A model generated the notes under the pieces. It was not told the origin of the DNA, searched no databases, and was given only the letters and a program-made list of their open reading frames with translations. The translations under genes and the position numbers were made by a program. DNA of 64,000 bases, taken from NCBI RefSeq assembly GCF_907163085.1, contig NZ_CAJQTX010000004.1:140956-204955 (forward strand), written 5' to 3'. This stretch comes from Candidatus Accumulibacter sp. ACC003 (GTDB taxonomy: Bacteria; Pseudomonadota; Gammaproteobacteria; Burkholderiales; Rhodocyclaceae). Position 1 is the stretch's first letter. Each line of letters begins with the position of its first letter. Shown here in pieces: positions 9,854 through 18,704 of the stretch.

Positions 9854-10711
9854 CTACGCGTTGCCTGGCAGATGCTTTCGCCCGGCTTCGGCTAGCAAGG
9901 ATTTGATCCAGGCGCGTTGTGCTTCGGCACGGCGTTGCTCGGTCAGTCGGTTGATGATTTTCTTGCGGATTTCGGCAAAGGGCGGCGTGCCGTTCGGGAG
10001 GATTTCGTCGCAGCGCAGGATGTGCAGGCCGATCTCTGATTCGACGACCTTGCTGATCTCGCGTTCGGCGAGCGCGAAGGCCGGCACTGCAAGCGCCGTG
10101 TAGAGCTGCTGGCGCTTGATAATTCCCAGTTGGCCATCTTCCATTGCGCTGGGGCAATGCGAATGGCGTCGCGCCGCGGCGCCGAATTGCCTCGCGGTCT
10201 CACGTTCCAGGGTGAGCCGTAGCGTTTCGAGCTGTTCCTCTGCCAGCGCTTTTTCGCGTTCGTCGTCGAAGGTAATCAGGATGTGCCGCAGCCGGCGTGC
10301 TTCCGGTCGCTCAAAGGCCTTCGGGTGCAGATGGTAGAAGATTTCGGCATCGACCGCGCTGACCGGGGCAAGCGCCGACGCGACCTTGTCGAGCAACGCC
10401 TCGACCAGTAGATCGCGTTCGACCGCCGTCGCCAGTTGTGCTTCGTCGAGGCCGATGCGCTGCAGTTCATCGGCCAGCTCCTGCCCGCTCGGGTAGCGCT
10501 GGCGGATCTCGGCCAGCCGCGTGGCCAGCGTCGCGCGTGGCACGACGACCGACGCCGCCTCGACGCTGGCCAGCAGGTGTTGCTCGATGCTCTGTTGTTT
10601 TCGGGCGACCGCCAGCAGACGCGTCTGTTCGGCTGCGGAGAGAGCGTCCGGGGTCTTCTGGAAAAGTCCCCAGGAGAGCTTCAGCTCAAGGTAGGGGTGT
10701 GGCATCGTCAT
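9854..10711 (-). CDS. nifM: Nitrogen fixation protein NifM (PpiC-type PPIase domain)
   Basis: RRLRHILIT, HSHCPSAMEDGQLG, ESEIGLHILRC; downstream of nifZ. Confidence 0.9.
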   Translation of the reverse strand: MTMPHPYLELKLSWGLFQKTPDALSAAEQTRLLAVARKQQSIEQHLLASVEAASVVVPRATLATRLAEIRQRYPSGQELADELQRIGLDEAQLATAVERDLLVEALLDKVASALAPVSAVDAEIFYHLHPKAFERPEARRLRHILITFDDEREKALAEEQLETLRLTLERETARQFGAAARRHSHCPSAMEDGQLGIIKRQQLYTALAVPAFALAEREISKVVESEIGLHILRCDEILPNGTPPFAEIRKKIINRLTEQRRAEAQRAWIKSLLAEAGRKHLPGNA

Positions 10712-11180
10712 TGTCCTTTGCCGCTCGAGATAATTCGTCCGGCCGTAGCGCATCCTCGGGAATTTGCAGCACGCGCCCGGCCAGGGCGTCGAAGTGCACC
10801 TGGTACGCGGCGCCGCCCGGCGCATCGCGGATCACCTTGACGACCTCGCCGACGGCGCCGGCGGCGACCAGCACGACGCCGCCGATCGCCAGGCTCTTGG
10901 CGGCGCAGACGCGGTCGCGAAACTCGAAGCGCGATGGCGCCCACGCTTCGTCGGCGCCGATCAGTTCTTCCTCGCGGCAACCGACGGTCCTGGCTTGGTC
11001 GAGAAAGTTCACCGCGTAGATGATCTGGTCCTGCAGGAAGGTGCCGATATCGACCACGTAGCCAATACTGCCGCGGCGGACCAGCGGTGCGCCCGAGTCC
11101 AGGCCCGGATAGGTGCCGTCATTGCGAACGTTACGCGTCAGGCGTACCGGCTCGCCGTAGTCCCAGCGCGCACCTCTCAC
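10686..11180 (-). CDS. nifZ: Nitrogen fixation protein NifZ
   Basis: GEPVRLTRNVRNDGTYPG, GTFLQDQIIY.V.F, VGCREEEL; GTG start overlaps nifW TGA. Confidence 0.92.
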   Translation of the reverse strand: MRGARWDYGEPVRLTRNVRNDGTYPGLDSGAPLVRRGSIGYVVDIGTFLQDQIIYAVNFLDQARTVGCREEELIGADEAWAPSRFEFRDRVCAAKSLAIGGVVLVAAGAVGEVVKVIRDAPGGAAYQVHFDALAGRVLQIPEDALRPDELSRAAKDNDDATPLP

Positions 11181-11518
11181 GGCTGCAAGACCTTGTCGAG
11201 CGGGACGAAGGAGCTCGTTCCGCCATCGGCCCTGGCGACGTGGTGAAAGACCGAAAAGACCTTCTCGGTGAGCGCGTCGGAAGCGACGAAATCCTGATAG
11301 GCACGCGCCAGCCACAAGCGGTAGACGGCGCGGAGTTCTTCGTCGTTGGCCGGCAGTTCGGCGGCTTGCTTGGCCAGATAGTCGTGAAAACGTTGCAGGA
11401 TGTGCAGGCGGTTCACCTGTACGACGGCAGGGTCGTAGGCAATTTCGAGGTAGTCGAGAAAGTCTTCGGCCGAGCTCAGATCGGCCAGCGCTTCGGTGAG
11501 CGGCAGGGGGTCATTCAT
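11177..11518 (-). CDS. nifW: Nitrogenase-stabilizing protein NifW
   Basis: LSSAEDFLDY..I.YDP.VV.VNRLHILQRF, AY.DFV.SDALTEKVF. Confidence 0.93.
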   Translation of the reverse strand: MNDPLPLTEALADLSSAEDFLDYLEIAYDPAVVQVNRLHILQRFHDYLAKQAAELPANDEELRAVYRLWLARAYQDFVASDALTEKVFSVFHHVARADGGTSSFVPLDKVLQP

Positions 11519-11528
11519 GGGTGTCTCC

Positions 11529-11849
11529 TCAGGCGGCGGCAGGGGTGAGTTGGGGTTCCTGGTCTTGCTCGAAGGCGTCGGCGACGGCCAGCAGCCTGGC
11601 GGCGCCGAACTGGTCGCGCTGGTCGAGCGCGGCAAGCTTGCGCAGTCGCGCACGCGATGCCGCGTTCTGCCCGAGGCGCAGCAGGACCACGCTCGCCGCC
11701 TTGAGTGCCAGCAGGTAGGCCCGCAGCAGCGCCGTTTCGGCGCTGGCCTGCCCGTATTCGTGCGCCGCCTGGGCCAGCAGCTCTTCGGCGGCAGCGGGCA
11801 GCGGCTCTTCGAAATAGAGCGTGCAGTCGGAGAAGTCGAGCAGGTCCAT
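11529..11849 (-). CDS. nif-associated orf8-like protein (cysE-nifW intergene), apparently internally shortened
   Basis: MDLLDF...LYFEEPLP..AE.LL..AA..YG...AE..LLRAYL joined directly to LALKAASVVLLRLG...D.RDQ.GAARLL; position between cysE and nifW. Confidence 0.7.
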   Translation of the reverse strand: MDLLDFSDCTLYFEEPLPAAAEELLAQAAHEYGQASAETALLRAYLLALKAASVVLLRLGQNAASRARLRKLAALDQRDQFGAARLLAVADAFEQDQEPQLTPAAA

Positions 11850-11856
11850 GGCCGTC

Positions 11857-12633
11857 TCAGTGCGTTGATTGGTGTTCGCAGCACAGGTCGCCTGCCGAAC
11901 AGCTGCCACATTGGCCGCTACGCTCGGCTGGCGGCGGTTCGTGGCGCAGTTCAGCGAGGTCTCGCTCGAGCGTTTCGATGCGCTCGACAAGGCAGGCGAT
12001 GGACTTGGCAACCGGGTCGGGCAACACGTTGTGATCGAGGTTGATGCCGTTCGCGGGGTGCTGGCCGCCGCCGCGCGTGGCGACCACGCGGCCGGGCACG
12101 CCGACCACCGTGCTGTCCGCCGGAACGTTCTTGACGACCACCGAGTTGGCGCCGACGCGGACACGTTCGCCAATCGATATCGGACCGAGAATCTTCGCGC
12201 CAGCGCCGACGATCGTACCGTTGGCCAGCGTCGGGTGGCGCCGGCCCTTGTTCCACGAGGTGCCGCCGAGCGTCACCCCGTGGTAGAGCGTGACGTCGTC
12301 ACCGATTCTGGCGGTCTCGCCGATCACCACCCCGGCGCCGTGGTCGATGAACAGGCGGCGGCCAATGCTCGCGCCGGGGTGAATATCGACGTTGGTCAGC
12401 GTCCGCCCGACGAAGGACAGCAAGCGGGCGCTGAAGCGCCAGTCGGATCGCCACAGACGGTGTGACATCCGGTGCGCCAGCAGCGCGTGCACACCGGGAT
12501 AGGTGGCGAGCACTTCCAGCTTCGAGCGCGCCGCGGGGTCGCGCTGGAAGACGCAGCCGAGGTCTTCCTTGAGAATCGTCCACAGGCCCGGTGCGGCCGC
12601 GTCGGCAATCGTCATGTTCAGCGCGTCAGGCAT
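11857..12633 (-). CDS. cysE: Serine O-acetyltransferase (nif-linked CysE)
   Basis: [45 protein letters not shown]; start may be 12633 or 12615. Confidence 0.95.
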   Translation of the reverse strand: MPDALNMTIADAAAPGLWTILKEDLGCVFQRDPAARSKLEVLATYPGVHALLAHRMSHRLWRSDWRFSARLLSFVGRTLTNVDIHPGASIGRRLFIDHGAGVVIGETARIGDDVTLYHGVTLGGTSWNKGRRHPTLANGTIVGAGAKILGPISIGERVRVGANSVVVKNVPADSTVVGVPGRVVATRGGGQHPANGINLDHNVLPDPVAKSIACLVERIETLERDLAELRHEPPPAERSGQCGSCSAGDLCCEHQSTH

Positions 12634-13765
12634 GCTCGGCAGTCCTCGTCGAACCGAGCAGGAGCTGTAGGTCGGCGCTTTCCGGCGCCTGCTTGTTGGT
12701 CGCGACGAAGTGGCGAATGCGTGGCAGCAGCGCCTGTGCGTCGGCCTCGGCGAGGCTGATGCCAAGGCCGGCATAGACCGCCAGCACCGCCCGCGATCCC
12801 GAATGCTTGCCGAGTACGATGCGGTGCGTCTGGCCGACCTCCTGCGGGTCGAAGCCCTGATAGTTGTCCGGATTCTTCAACAGACCGTCTACGTGGATAC
12901 CCGCCTCGTGCGTGAAAGCGCCGGCGCCGACGACGCTCTTCTGCCACGCGACGGCGCGCCCCGAGGCGCTGGCAACCAGGCTGGAGAGCGCCGGGAAACC
13001 CCTGAGATCGACGCCCGTTTCGATGCCGTAGAGCTTTCTGAGTCCCATCACCACTTCCTCGAGAGCGGCGTTGCCGGCGCGTTCGCCGAGCCCGTTGACC
13101 GTCGTATTGACGTGCGTCGCACCGGCGCTGCAGGCGAGCAGCGTATTGGCCGTCGCCAGGCCGAGATCGTCGTGCGCGTGCATTTCGATTTCCAGCCCGC
13201 AGTTGCGGCGCAGCGCGCTGACCAGCGCGAAGGTGGCAAAGGGTTCGAGCACGCCGAGCGTGTCGGCGATGCGCAGGCGGCGGGCGCCGGCGTGTTCGGC
13301 CGTTTCGGCGAGCGCGCAGAGGAAGTCCGGGTCGGCCCGCGAGGCGTCCTCGCAACCGATGCACACTTCCAGCCCGAGGCTGAGCGCGTCAGCCACGAAG
13401 CGGGGCAGTTCGCGCCGTAGCCAGGCGCGGTCGCGGCGGAGTTTGTGGGCCAGGTGCTGGTCTGAGGCGGGTATCGAAATGTCGACCCGCTGGACGCCCA
13501 GATCGGCGCAGGCGGCGATGTCGGCGGCGCGCATGCGGGACCAGACCATCAGCCGTGGCGCCAGTCGCAGGGCGGCTACAGCGCGTATCGAGTCACGCTC
13601 TTCCTCGCCCATCGCCGGGATGCCGATCTCCAGTTCGGGAACGCCGATCGCCGCCAGCTGGCGAGCAATCTGCAGCTTTTCCGCCAGCGAGAAGGCCACG
13701 CCCGCCGACTGTTCGCCGTCGCGCAGGGTGGTGTCGTTGATCGTGACCGATGGCGGCTGCTTCAT
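12626..13765 (-). CDS. nifV: Homocitrate synthase NifV
   Basis: [54 protein letters not shown]. Confidence 0.97.
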   Translation of the reverse strand: MKQPPSVTINDTTLRDGEQSAGVAFSLAEKLQIARQLAAIGVPELEIGIPAMGEEERDSIRAVAALRLAPRLMVWSRMRAADIAACADLGVQRVDISIPASDQHLAHKLRRDRAWLRRELPRFVADALSLGLEVCIGCEDASRADPDFLCALAETAEHAGARRLRIADTLGVLEPFATFALVSALRRNCGLEIEMHAHDDLGLATANTLLACSAGATHVNTTVNGLGERAGNAALEEVVMGLRKLYGIETGVDLRGFPALSSLVASASGRAVAWQKSVVGAGAFTHEAGIHVDGLLKNPDNYQGFDPQEVGQTHRIVLGKHSGSRAVLAVYAGLGISLAEADAQALLPRIRHFVATNKQAPESADLQLLLGSTRTAEHA

Positions 13766-13788
13766 GGCAATCTCCTTGCAGACAGTTA

Positions 13789-13804
13789 AGCAAGGTCAGT
13801 GCCA
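13789..13804 (-). promoter_or_regulatory. sigma54 -24/-12 promoter of nifV operon
   Basis: Minus strand TGGCAC-TGACC-TTGCT, 23 bp before the nifV ATG. Confidence 0.88.
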
Positions 13805-13865
13805 GGATCTAAGCCCTTGAAAAATGGTCAGCTTTGTTTCTCTTGCCGACGAATGTACGGTTTCG

Positions 13866-13881
13866 TGTGGCAAACGCTACA
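13866..13881. promoter_or_regulatory. NifA upstream activator sequence for nifV operon
   Basis: TGT-GGCAAACGCT-ACA = TGT-N10-ACA, about 60 bp upstream of the -24 box. Confidence 0.78.
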
Positions 13882-13980
13882 CGCTCGACGACATCTCGCC
13901 TCGCTGCTGGCGCGTGCCGCCGGGATGAGCAGGAGACGAGAGCTGAGCCACCGTTGAGCGGCGTCGGCAAGCGGCGAAGC

Positions 13981-14160
13981 TCAATGGCTGTGGTAGCACT
14001 CGATTGATGGGAAGTGCGCGGCGAAACGCGTGATCCACTCGAGCGCGGCGCTATCGCCGTCGAGTTCCCGACCTTCGACGCGCAGGACTTCCTGGCGATA
14101 GTGCTCGATATGCTGAACCTGCTCCACCATACGGGTGGCGAATGCGCGATCGGTTTCCAT
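13981..14160 (-). CDS. 59-aa protein below the ORF-track cutoff, resembling the C-terminal helical extension of PilZ-type proteins
   Basis: METDRAFATRMVEQVQHIEHYRQEVLRVEGRELDGDSAALEWITRFAAHFP...; RMVEQV.HIE.YR.EV...EGR.L...AA.EWI..A..FP pattern recognised from memory. Confidence 0.6.
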   Translation of the reverse strand: METDRAFATRMVEQVQHIEHYRQEVLRVEGRELDGDSAALEWITRFAAHFPSIECYHSH

Positions 14161-14282
14161 TTCAGTGCGACCTTTTACGCGTTGGCGGTAAGCCTTCAGA
14201 GCAAAAAGCGGGCCGCAACGTCTTATGCACTCAAAAACAAATGTTTAGCCTGTTTTTGATGGGGCACGGCCGCGGCCGCTGT

Positions 14283-14470
14283 AAAAATTATCGACATCTT
14301 CGCCAGGAATGCGGTGGCGCCCGCGCTGGTGGTGGGCGGCAACTGCAGCGCGACGGGCAGCGGTGGCGGGAATGCAGCGGGCAGCGCTCGCCGACGGCAG
14401 GCGGTGGCGGGTCGCGGCGCGTCGTATCGCTGCCGCTGGCGCTTGATTGCTGGCAGGGCTTACAGCACCT
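14283..14470. repeat. Diverged direct repeat, copy 1 (partner 15994-16184)
   Basis: AAAAATTATCGA(C/T)ATC(T/G)TCGCCAGGAATGCGGTG... shared start; both end GGCTTACAGCACCT (= hsp20 3' end). Confidence 0.75.
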
Positions 14471-14473
14471 CGG

Positions 14474-14557
14474 TTATCCACAGCTTGTGCACAAGCTGTG
14501 GATAGCAAGATCATCCCCAAGAGCTGTGGAAAGATCGTGGGACAGGCCTGTGGATAG
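14474..14557. promoter_or_regulatory. Cluster of five DnaA-box-like 9-mers including a perfect 30-bp palindrome
   Basis: TTATCCACA 14474, TTGTGCACA 14485, TGTGGATAG 14497, TGTGGAAAG 14525, TGTGGATAG 14549; palindrome TATCCACAGCTTGTG|CACAAGCTGTGGATA 14475-14504. Confidence 0.65.
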
Positions 14558-14795
14558 CACCCGGATCCTCTGGCAGCGGCAGGTCCGGCTGAGTGTGCCT
14601 ACACAATGGGCGATCCCTGCAGCGATTCACCTGTGGCGATCCGGCCCGATTCCTCTCCGGACGGGCCGATGGTGAAAGTTCGCCGGCGGCCTGGCAGGCG
14701 CTGAAGCGCCAGGCTGAAGCGTCGGCGGCGCAACTCGGCGACGCGCAGGCGAGGCTTGCCGGGCGCCACGGCGGACTCGCGGCATGCACCGACGC

Positions 14796-14832
14796 CGTCA
14801 TTGCGAGGAGGCAAAGCCGATGCGGCAATCCA
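14796..14832. repeat. Single REP-like unit
   Basis: CGTCATTGCGAGGAGGCAAAGCCGATGCGGCAATCCA, same family as 2741, 15501, 43070. Confidence 0.7.
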
Positions 14833-15120
14833 GCGCCACCCTCGGATTGACGCGCCGGCCAGGCGGATCGCCAGGGAATTGCAGCATCATGGAGCCGCCA
14901 CCGCCAGTTTCCGGCGACTTCGCGTCGGCGGCAACCTTGCTTTTTCGCAAGCTGATTCTGAGAGCCTATAGCGCCCGACACCGATTCTCATGACCCACCC
15001 CCCTGAGCCAGTGCCAATCCAGCACGAGCTCGACGCGCTCGCCAGCCTGCCTGGTGGGCCTATCCCCGCGGGCGCCGGGGAAACACCGGAGCGTATGGCC
15101 AATGCGGTGGACGGATCAAT

Positions 15121-15435
15121 CGATGCCGGAGATACAAGACGCCATGCCGACGATGGATCGTTCCATGAAAAAGATGGAACGATCCGTCCCAGCGATAGAA
15201 CGATCCATGAAAAAGATGGAACAGTCCATCTCGGCGATAGAACGATCGATGAAAAAGATGGAGCGATCCATCTCGGCGATAGAAAAATCGATGAAAAAGA
15301 TGCAACGGTTCATCTCGGCGATAGAGCGATCGATGAAAAATATGGAACGATCTATCCCAGCGATAGACGTTTCCATGTCGACGGTGGAAGCTTCCATCTC
15401 CCGGATGGAAATTTCCACCGCCAAGGTCGAGATTT
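15121..15435. repeat. 42-bp (2 x 21-bp) tandem array, 5 near-perfect plus degenerate flanking units
   Basis: C(C/G)ATGAAAAAGATGGAACGATCCATCTCGGCGATAGAACGAT at 15163, 15205, 15247, 15289, 15331; several frames open on both strands. Confidence 0.9.
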
Positions 15436-15439
15436 CGCA

Positions 15440-15872
15440 AAACCCGCCTGGCCAACGCTTCGCCACATACCGTTGAGCCCCGTTGAGCACCGTCGAGCCC
15501 CGTCACTGCGAGGAGCGTAGCGACGCGGCAGTCCAGTAGTGGCCTCCGACGACCGCGCTGGCTCGGCCGTTGCGAACCCCTGGATTGCTTCACTCCGTTC
15601 GCAATGACGAGCTGATGCGGCGGCCCGCCTGGAGCGCTTCGCGCCGTTCGCCACGATGACCCGACGCCGTCGATTGACTTCGCCGCGTTCGCTAAACCCG
15701 CCTGGCCAACGCTTCCCCACATACCGTCGAGTCCCGTTGAGCCCCGTCGATCCCCGTCACTGCGAGGAGCGTAGCGACGCGGCAGTCCAGTGGTCGCCTC
15801 CGACGACGGCGCTGGCGCGGCCGTTGCGAACCCCTGGATTGCTTCACTTCGTTCGCAATGACGAGCTGATGC
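15440..15872. repeat. Tandem duplication of a 179-bp unit containing a REP-like doublet
   Basis: 15440-15618 and 15694-15872 nearly identical; each has CGTCACTGCGAGGAGCGTAGCGACGCGGCAGTCCA...TGGATTGCTTCAC..CGTTCGCAATGACG. Confidence 0.88.
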
Positions 15873-15993
15873 TGCCCCAGCTGGTTCCGCCCTTGCAGCT
15901 TCTCCAGCTTCGGTGTCAGCGGACCTGGCAGTTCGTCTGAATCACCTTCTGGCGCTGCCTGATCAGTGCGCGTTTTGCCAGCGGCTCAGCTGG

Positions 15994-16184
15994 AAAAATT
16001 ATCGATATCGTCGCCAGGAATGCGGTGACGCCTGCGCTTCTGCTGAGCGGCAGCGCGGCGGGAACGCTACCGGCAGCGCTCGCCGATTGCCCGCTGTGGC
16101 GGCTCGCGGCGGGTCGTGTCGTTGCCGCCAGGATGGCCGGCAGGGCAGGGGGCGTACCCCCCGCCCTTGTGGCTTACAGCACCT
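15994..16184. repeat. Diverged direct repeat, copy 2 (overlaps hsp20 3' end and its downstream hairpin)
   Basis: See 14283-14470; GC hairpin AGGGCAGGGGG-CGTA-CCCCCCGCCCT at 16142-16167. Confidence 0.75.
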
Positions 16185-16548
16185 TGACCTGCACCTTGCG
16201 CGCTTGCGCGTGCTCGGCCTTGGGGATCACGAGCTTCAAGACCCCGTGCTTGAACTCGGCAGCGACCTTGCTCGCGTCGAGTTCCCTGGACAGCGTGAAC
16301 ACCCGCCGGTAACGCGGCCGGCCGACTTCGACGTGGCTGCTCTCCATGCCTTCGGGAATTTCCAGGTCGACCTCGCCTTCGATGGTCAAGGTGTCGCCTT
16401 CGACGTGCAGCTGCAGCTTGTCCTTCGGCACGCCCGCCAGGTCGGCAAAGAGCGTGATTCCCGAAGCATCCTCGATGACGTCGACCGGCGGCAGCAGCGC
16501 CGCGTCGTCGCGGCTGTCGGCTTTGCTGACAGTGTTGGTTTCAGACAT
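16174..16548 (-). CDS. Hsp20 / alpha-crystallin small heat-shock protein
   Basis: PPVDVIED, ADLAGV, LTIEGE, FTLSRELD, FKHGVLKL.IPK. Confidence 0.93.
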   Translation of the reverse strand: MSETNTVSKADSRDDAALLPPVDVIEDASGITLFADLAGVPKDKLQLHVEGDTLTIEGEVDLEIPEGMESSHVEVGRPRYRRVFTLSRELDASKVAAEFKHGVLKLVIPKAEHAQARKVQVKVL

Positions 16549-16560
16549 TTTCGATCCTCC

Positions 16561-16995
16561 TTACTGAATGGTGATGCGGCGTGCTTGAGTGTCTGCCTTG
16601 CGGCCGATGCTGATGCGCAGTACGCCATCGCGATACCGGGCTTCGACGGCGCTCGGATCGATGTCGTCGGGTAGCGTGACGACGCGGCGGAAACGGCCGG
16701 CAAAGCGCTCGTCGATATGGACGCTTGCCTTTTCGCCGGGTTGTTCCAGCTGGCGCTCGCCGGCGACGGTGAGCACGCCTTTTTCGATCTGCACGTCTAG
16801 CGTCGCCGGGTCGATTCCCGGCGCGAAGGCATAGACCTCGACGGAGCTGGCGGTGCCACCGACGTTCATCGCCGGGAAGCCGCCGCGGGCAACACCGCGA
16901 ATGCTCGGGGACACGCGGAAACCCTGCTGCATTTCACGCTGCAGCCGATCCAGCTCGGCTAACACGTCGCGGGGAAAGAGAGAGCGGTACATCAT
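16561..16995 (-). CDS. Hsp20 / alpha-crystallin small heat-shock protein
   Basis: FPAMNV, FAPGID, GVLTVAGER, ERFAGRF.R...LPDDID, YRDGVL.ISI. Confidence 0.93.
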   Translation of the reverse strand: MMYRSLFPRDVLAELDRLQREMQQGFRVSPSIRGVARGGFPAMNVGGTASSVEVYAFAPGIDPATLDVQIEKGVLTVAGERQLEQPGEKASVHIDERFAGRFRRVVTLPDDIDPSAVEARYRDGVLRISIGRKADTQARRITIQ

Positions 16996-17050
16996 GTTGA
17001 ATCCTCCATGCGCTTGGCTCAGGGCGCCAGGATTGGCGCTTCCCTGACAA

Positions 17051-17108
17051 ATTGGGGATTTTTTGCGCGACTTCAATATCTTGATATCGGACGCCGTCGC
17101 CACCATTT
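17051..17108. promoter_or_regulatory. Back-to-back sigma32-like promoters for hsp20 operon (minus) and cbpAM (plus)
   Basis: Minus: TTGAAG...CCCCAAT (17051-17076); plus: CTTGATA...CACCATTT (17080-17108), resembling CTTGAA-N13-17-CCCCATNT. Confidence 0.5.
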
Positions 17109-17149
17109 GCTATGGTTCGCCGATTGCAAGGATGGAGCGGGGATCGATC

Positions 17150-18106
17150 ATGGAATTCAAGGACTACTATCAGACGCTGGGCGTCGCGCGCGACGCCACG
17201 GCCGACGAAATCAAGAAGGCCTACAGGAAGCTGGCGCGCAAGTATCACCCGGACGTTTCCAAGGAAGCCGACGCGGAAGCGCAGATGAAGAACGTCAACG
17301 AGGCCAACGCCGTACTCTCGGACGTGGAAAAGCGCGCCGCCTACGATCAGTTGGGGCGCGGCTACCGGCCTGGGCAGGAGTTCCGCCCGCCGCCTGACTG
17401 GGACGCCGGTTTCGAGTTTTCGGGCCGCGGCGCGGCGCCCGGCGAAGGCGCCGATTTCTCGGACTTCTTCGCGGAAATGTTCGGTCGCACGGGCGGCGGT
17501 GCGCGCGGTTTCGGGGGCGGGCAGCGGACGCAATTCCAGGCGCGTGGCGAGGATCATCACGCCAAGGTGCTGCTCGACATCGAGGACGCTTTCAGCGGTG
17601 CGACCCGGCAAATCTCCTTGCGCGCGCCAAAGACCGACGCGCAGGGGCGCGTGACGTTGGCGACCCGCAACTTGAACGTCAGGATTCCGGAAGGTGTGCA
17701 CGCCGGCCAGATCATCCGTCTGGCCGGTCAGGGCGCGCCCGGATCCGGTGGCGCGTCGGCCGGCGACCTGATGCTGGAGGTCCAGTTCCGGCCGCACCAG
17801 CGCTTTCGTGCACACGGGCGCGACCTGCATCTGACGCTGCCCGTTGCCCCCTGGGAGGCGGCCCTCGGCGCGGCGGTCGAGGTGGACCTGCCGCAAGGCG
17901 GCGTCAAGGTACGCATCCCGGAAGGCACGCAGAGCGGACGGCAATTGCGGGTTCGCGGCAAGGGAATTCCGGGCGCTTCGCCGGGCGATCTGCTGCTCGA
18001 CATCCAGGTACGGCTACCGCCAGCCGATACGGCCAGGGCGCGAGAACTCTATGAAACCATGGCGCGGGAACTGGCATTCGACCCGCGTTCGCAGGGGAGG
18101 GAATGA
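17150..18106 (+). CDS. cbpA: DnaJ-class chaperone CbpA (J domain, no Zn finger)
   Basis: MEFKDYY..LGV, KYHPD, DFSDFF..MFG, GDL.LEV, VAPWEAALG. Confidence 0.92.
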   Translation: MEFKDYYQTLGVARDATADEIKKAYRKLARKYHPDVSKEADAEAQMKNVNEANAVLSDVEKRAAYDQLGRGYRPGQEFRPPPDWDAGFEFSGRGAAPGEGADFSDFFAEMFGRTGGGARGFGGGQRTQFQARGEDHHAKVLLDIEDAFSGATRQISLRAPKTDAQGRVTLATRNLNVRIPEGVHAGQIIRLAGQGAPGSGGASAGDLMLEVQFRPHQRFRAHGRDLHLTLPVAPWEAALGAAVEVDLPQGGVKVRIPEGTQSGRQLRVRGKGIPGASPGDLLLDIQVRLPPADTARARELYETMARELAFDPRSQGRE

Positions 18107-18109
18107 GCG

Positions 18110-18418
18110 ATGCGCGACGAGGAGATCCTGACCGGTAGCCCGATCGAAGACAGCTGGCTGACTCTCGAACAAATTGCCGCTGCGTGCCCTGTCGAAACGC
18201 ACTGGCTACGCTGCCGCCTGGAAGAGGGACTGATTCCGCACGCCGAGAGCGTTGCCGGCGTGTGGTGTTTTGCCAGCACCAGCGTCGTGCGGGTGCGGCG
18301 CATGCGCCAACTGGAGCGTGATTTCGACGCCGTGCCGGAGCTGGCGGCCTTGTTTGCCGACATGCTGGAAGAACTCGACGAGCTACGCGCGCGCGCCGCG
18401 AACGTCGGTCCAAGCTGA
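18110..18418 (+). CDS. cbpM: Chaperone modulator CbpM (MerR-like)
   Basis: LEEGLI, R.RR..QLERDFD..PELAAL..D.LEEL..LR; directly after cbpA. Confidence 0.85.
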   Translation: MRDEEILTGSPIEDSWLTLEQIAAACPVETHWLRCRLEEGLIPHAESVAGVWCFASTSVVRVRRMRQLERDFDAVPELAALFADMLEELDELRARAANVGPS

Positions 18419-18704
18419 GCCCGAGCGTCGGCGGTCAGCGGACCAAGCCAGCGAGCCTGGCGGCTGTCGGAGCACGACTCTTCGCTTGTTGCGCCCGACG
18501 ATTGCCGGCACGACTGACCGCTCGGGACGCTGCCAACGGGCGCCATTGCTACACGGTCCTGGCCGCCATGCCGACTCGCCAGTGAGCGTCTCGCCGTCGT
18601 CGTCGGTCTGACTCTGGCGCGGCGTTTGCTCAGTCCCAGCTAAGTCTGGCTGCGTACTCTTTGCATCACGCAACTTTCTGCGTGCAGCGAAAAGGAGTAC
18701 GAAC

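Noticed and set aside
14474-14557. Chromosomal oriC
   Set aside because: No dnaA/dnaN/gidA context and no clear AT-rich unwinding element; kept only as an unexplained DnaA-box cluster.
15121-15435. CRISPR array
   Set aside because: Units are contiguous with no unique spacers, and there are no cas genes.
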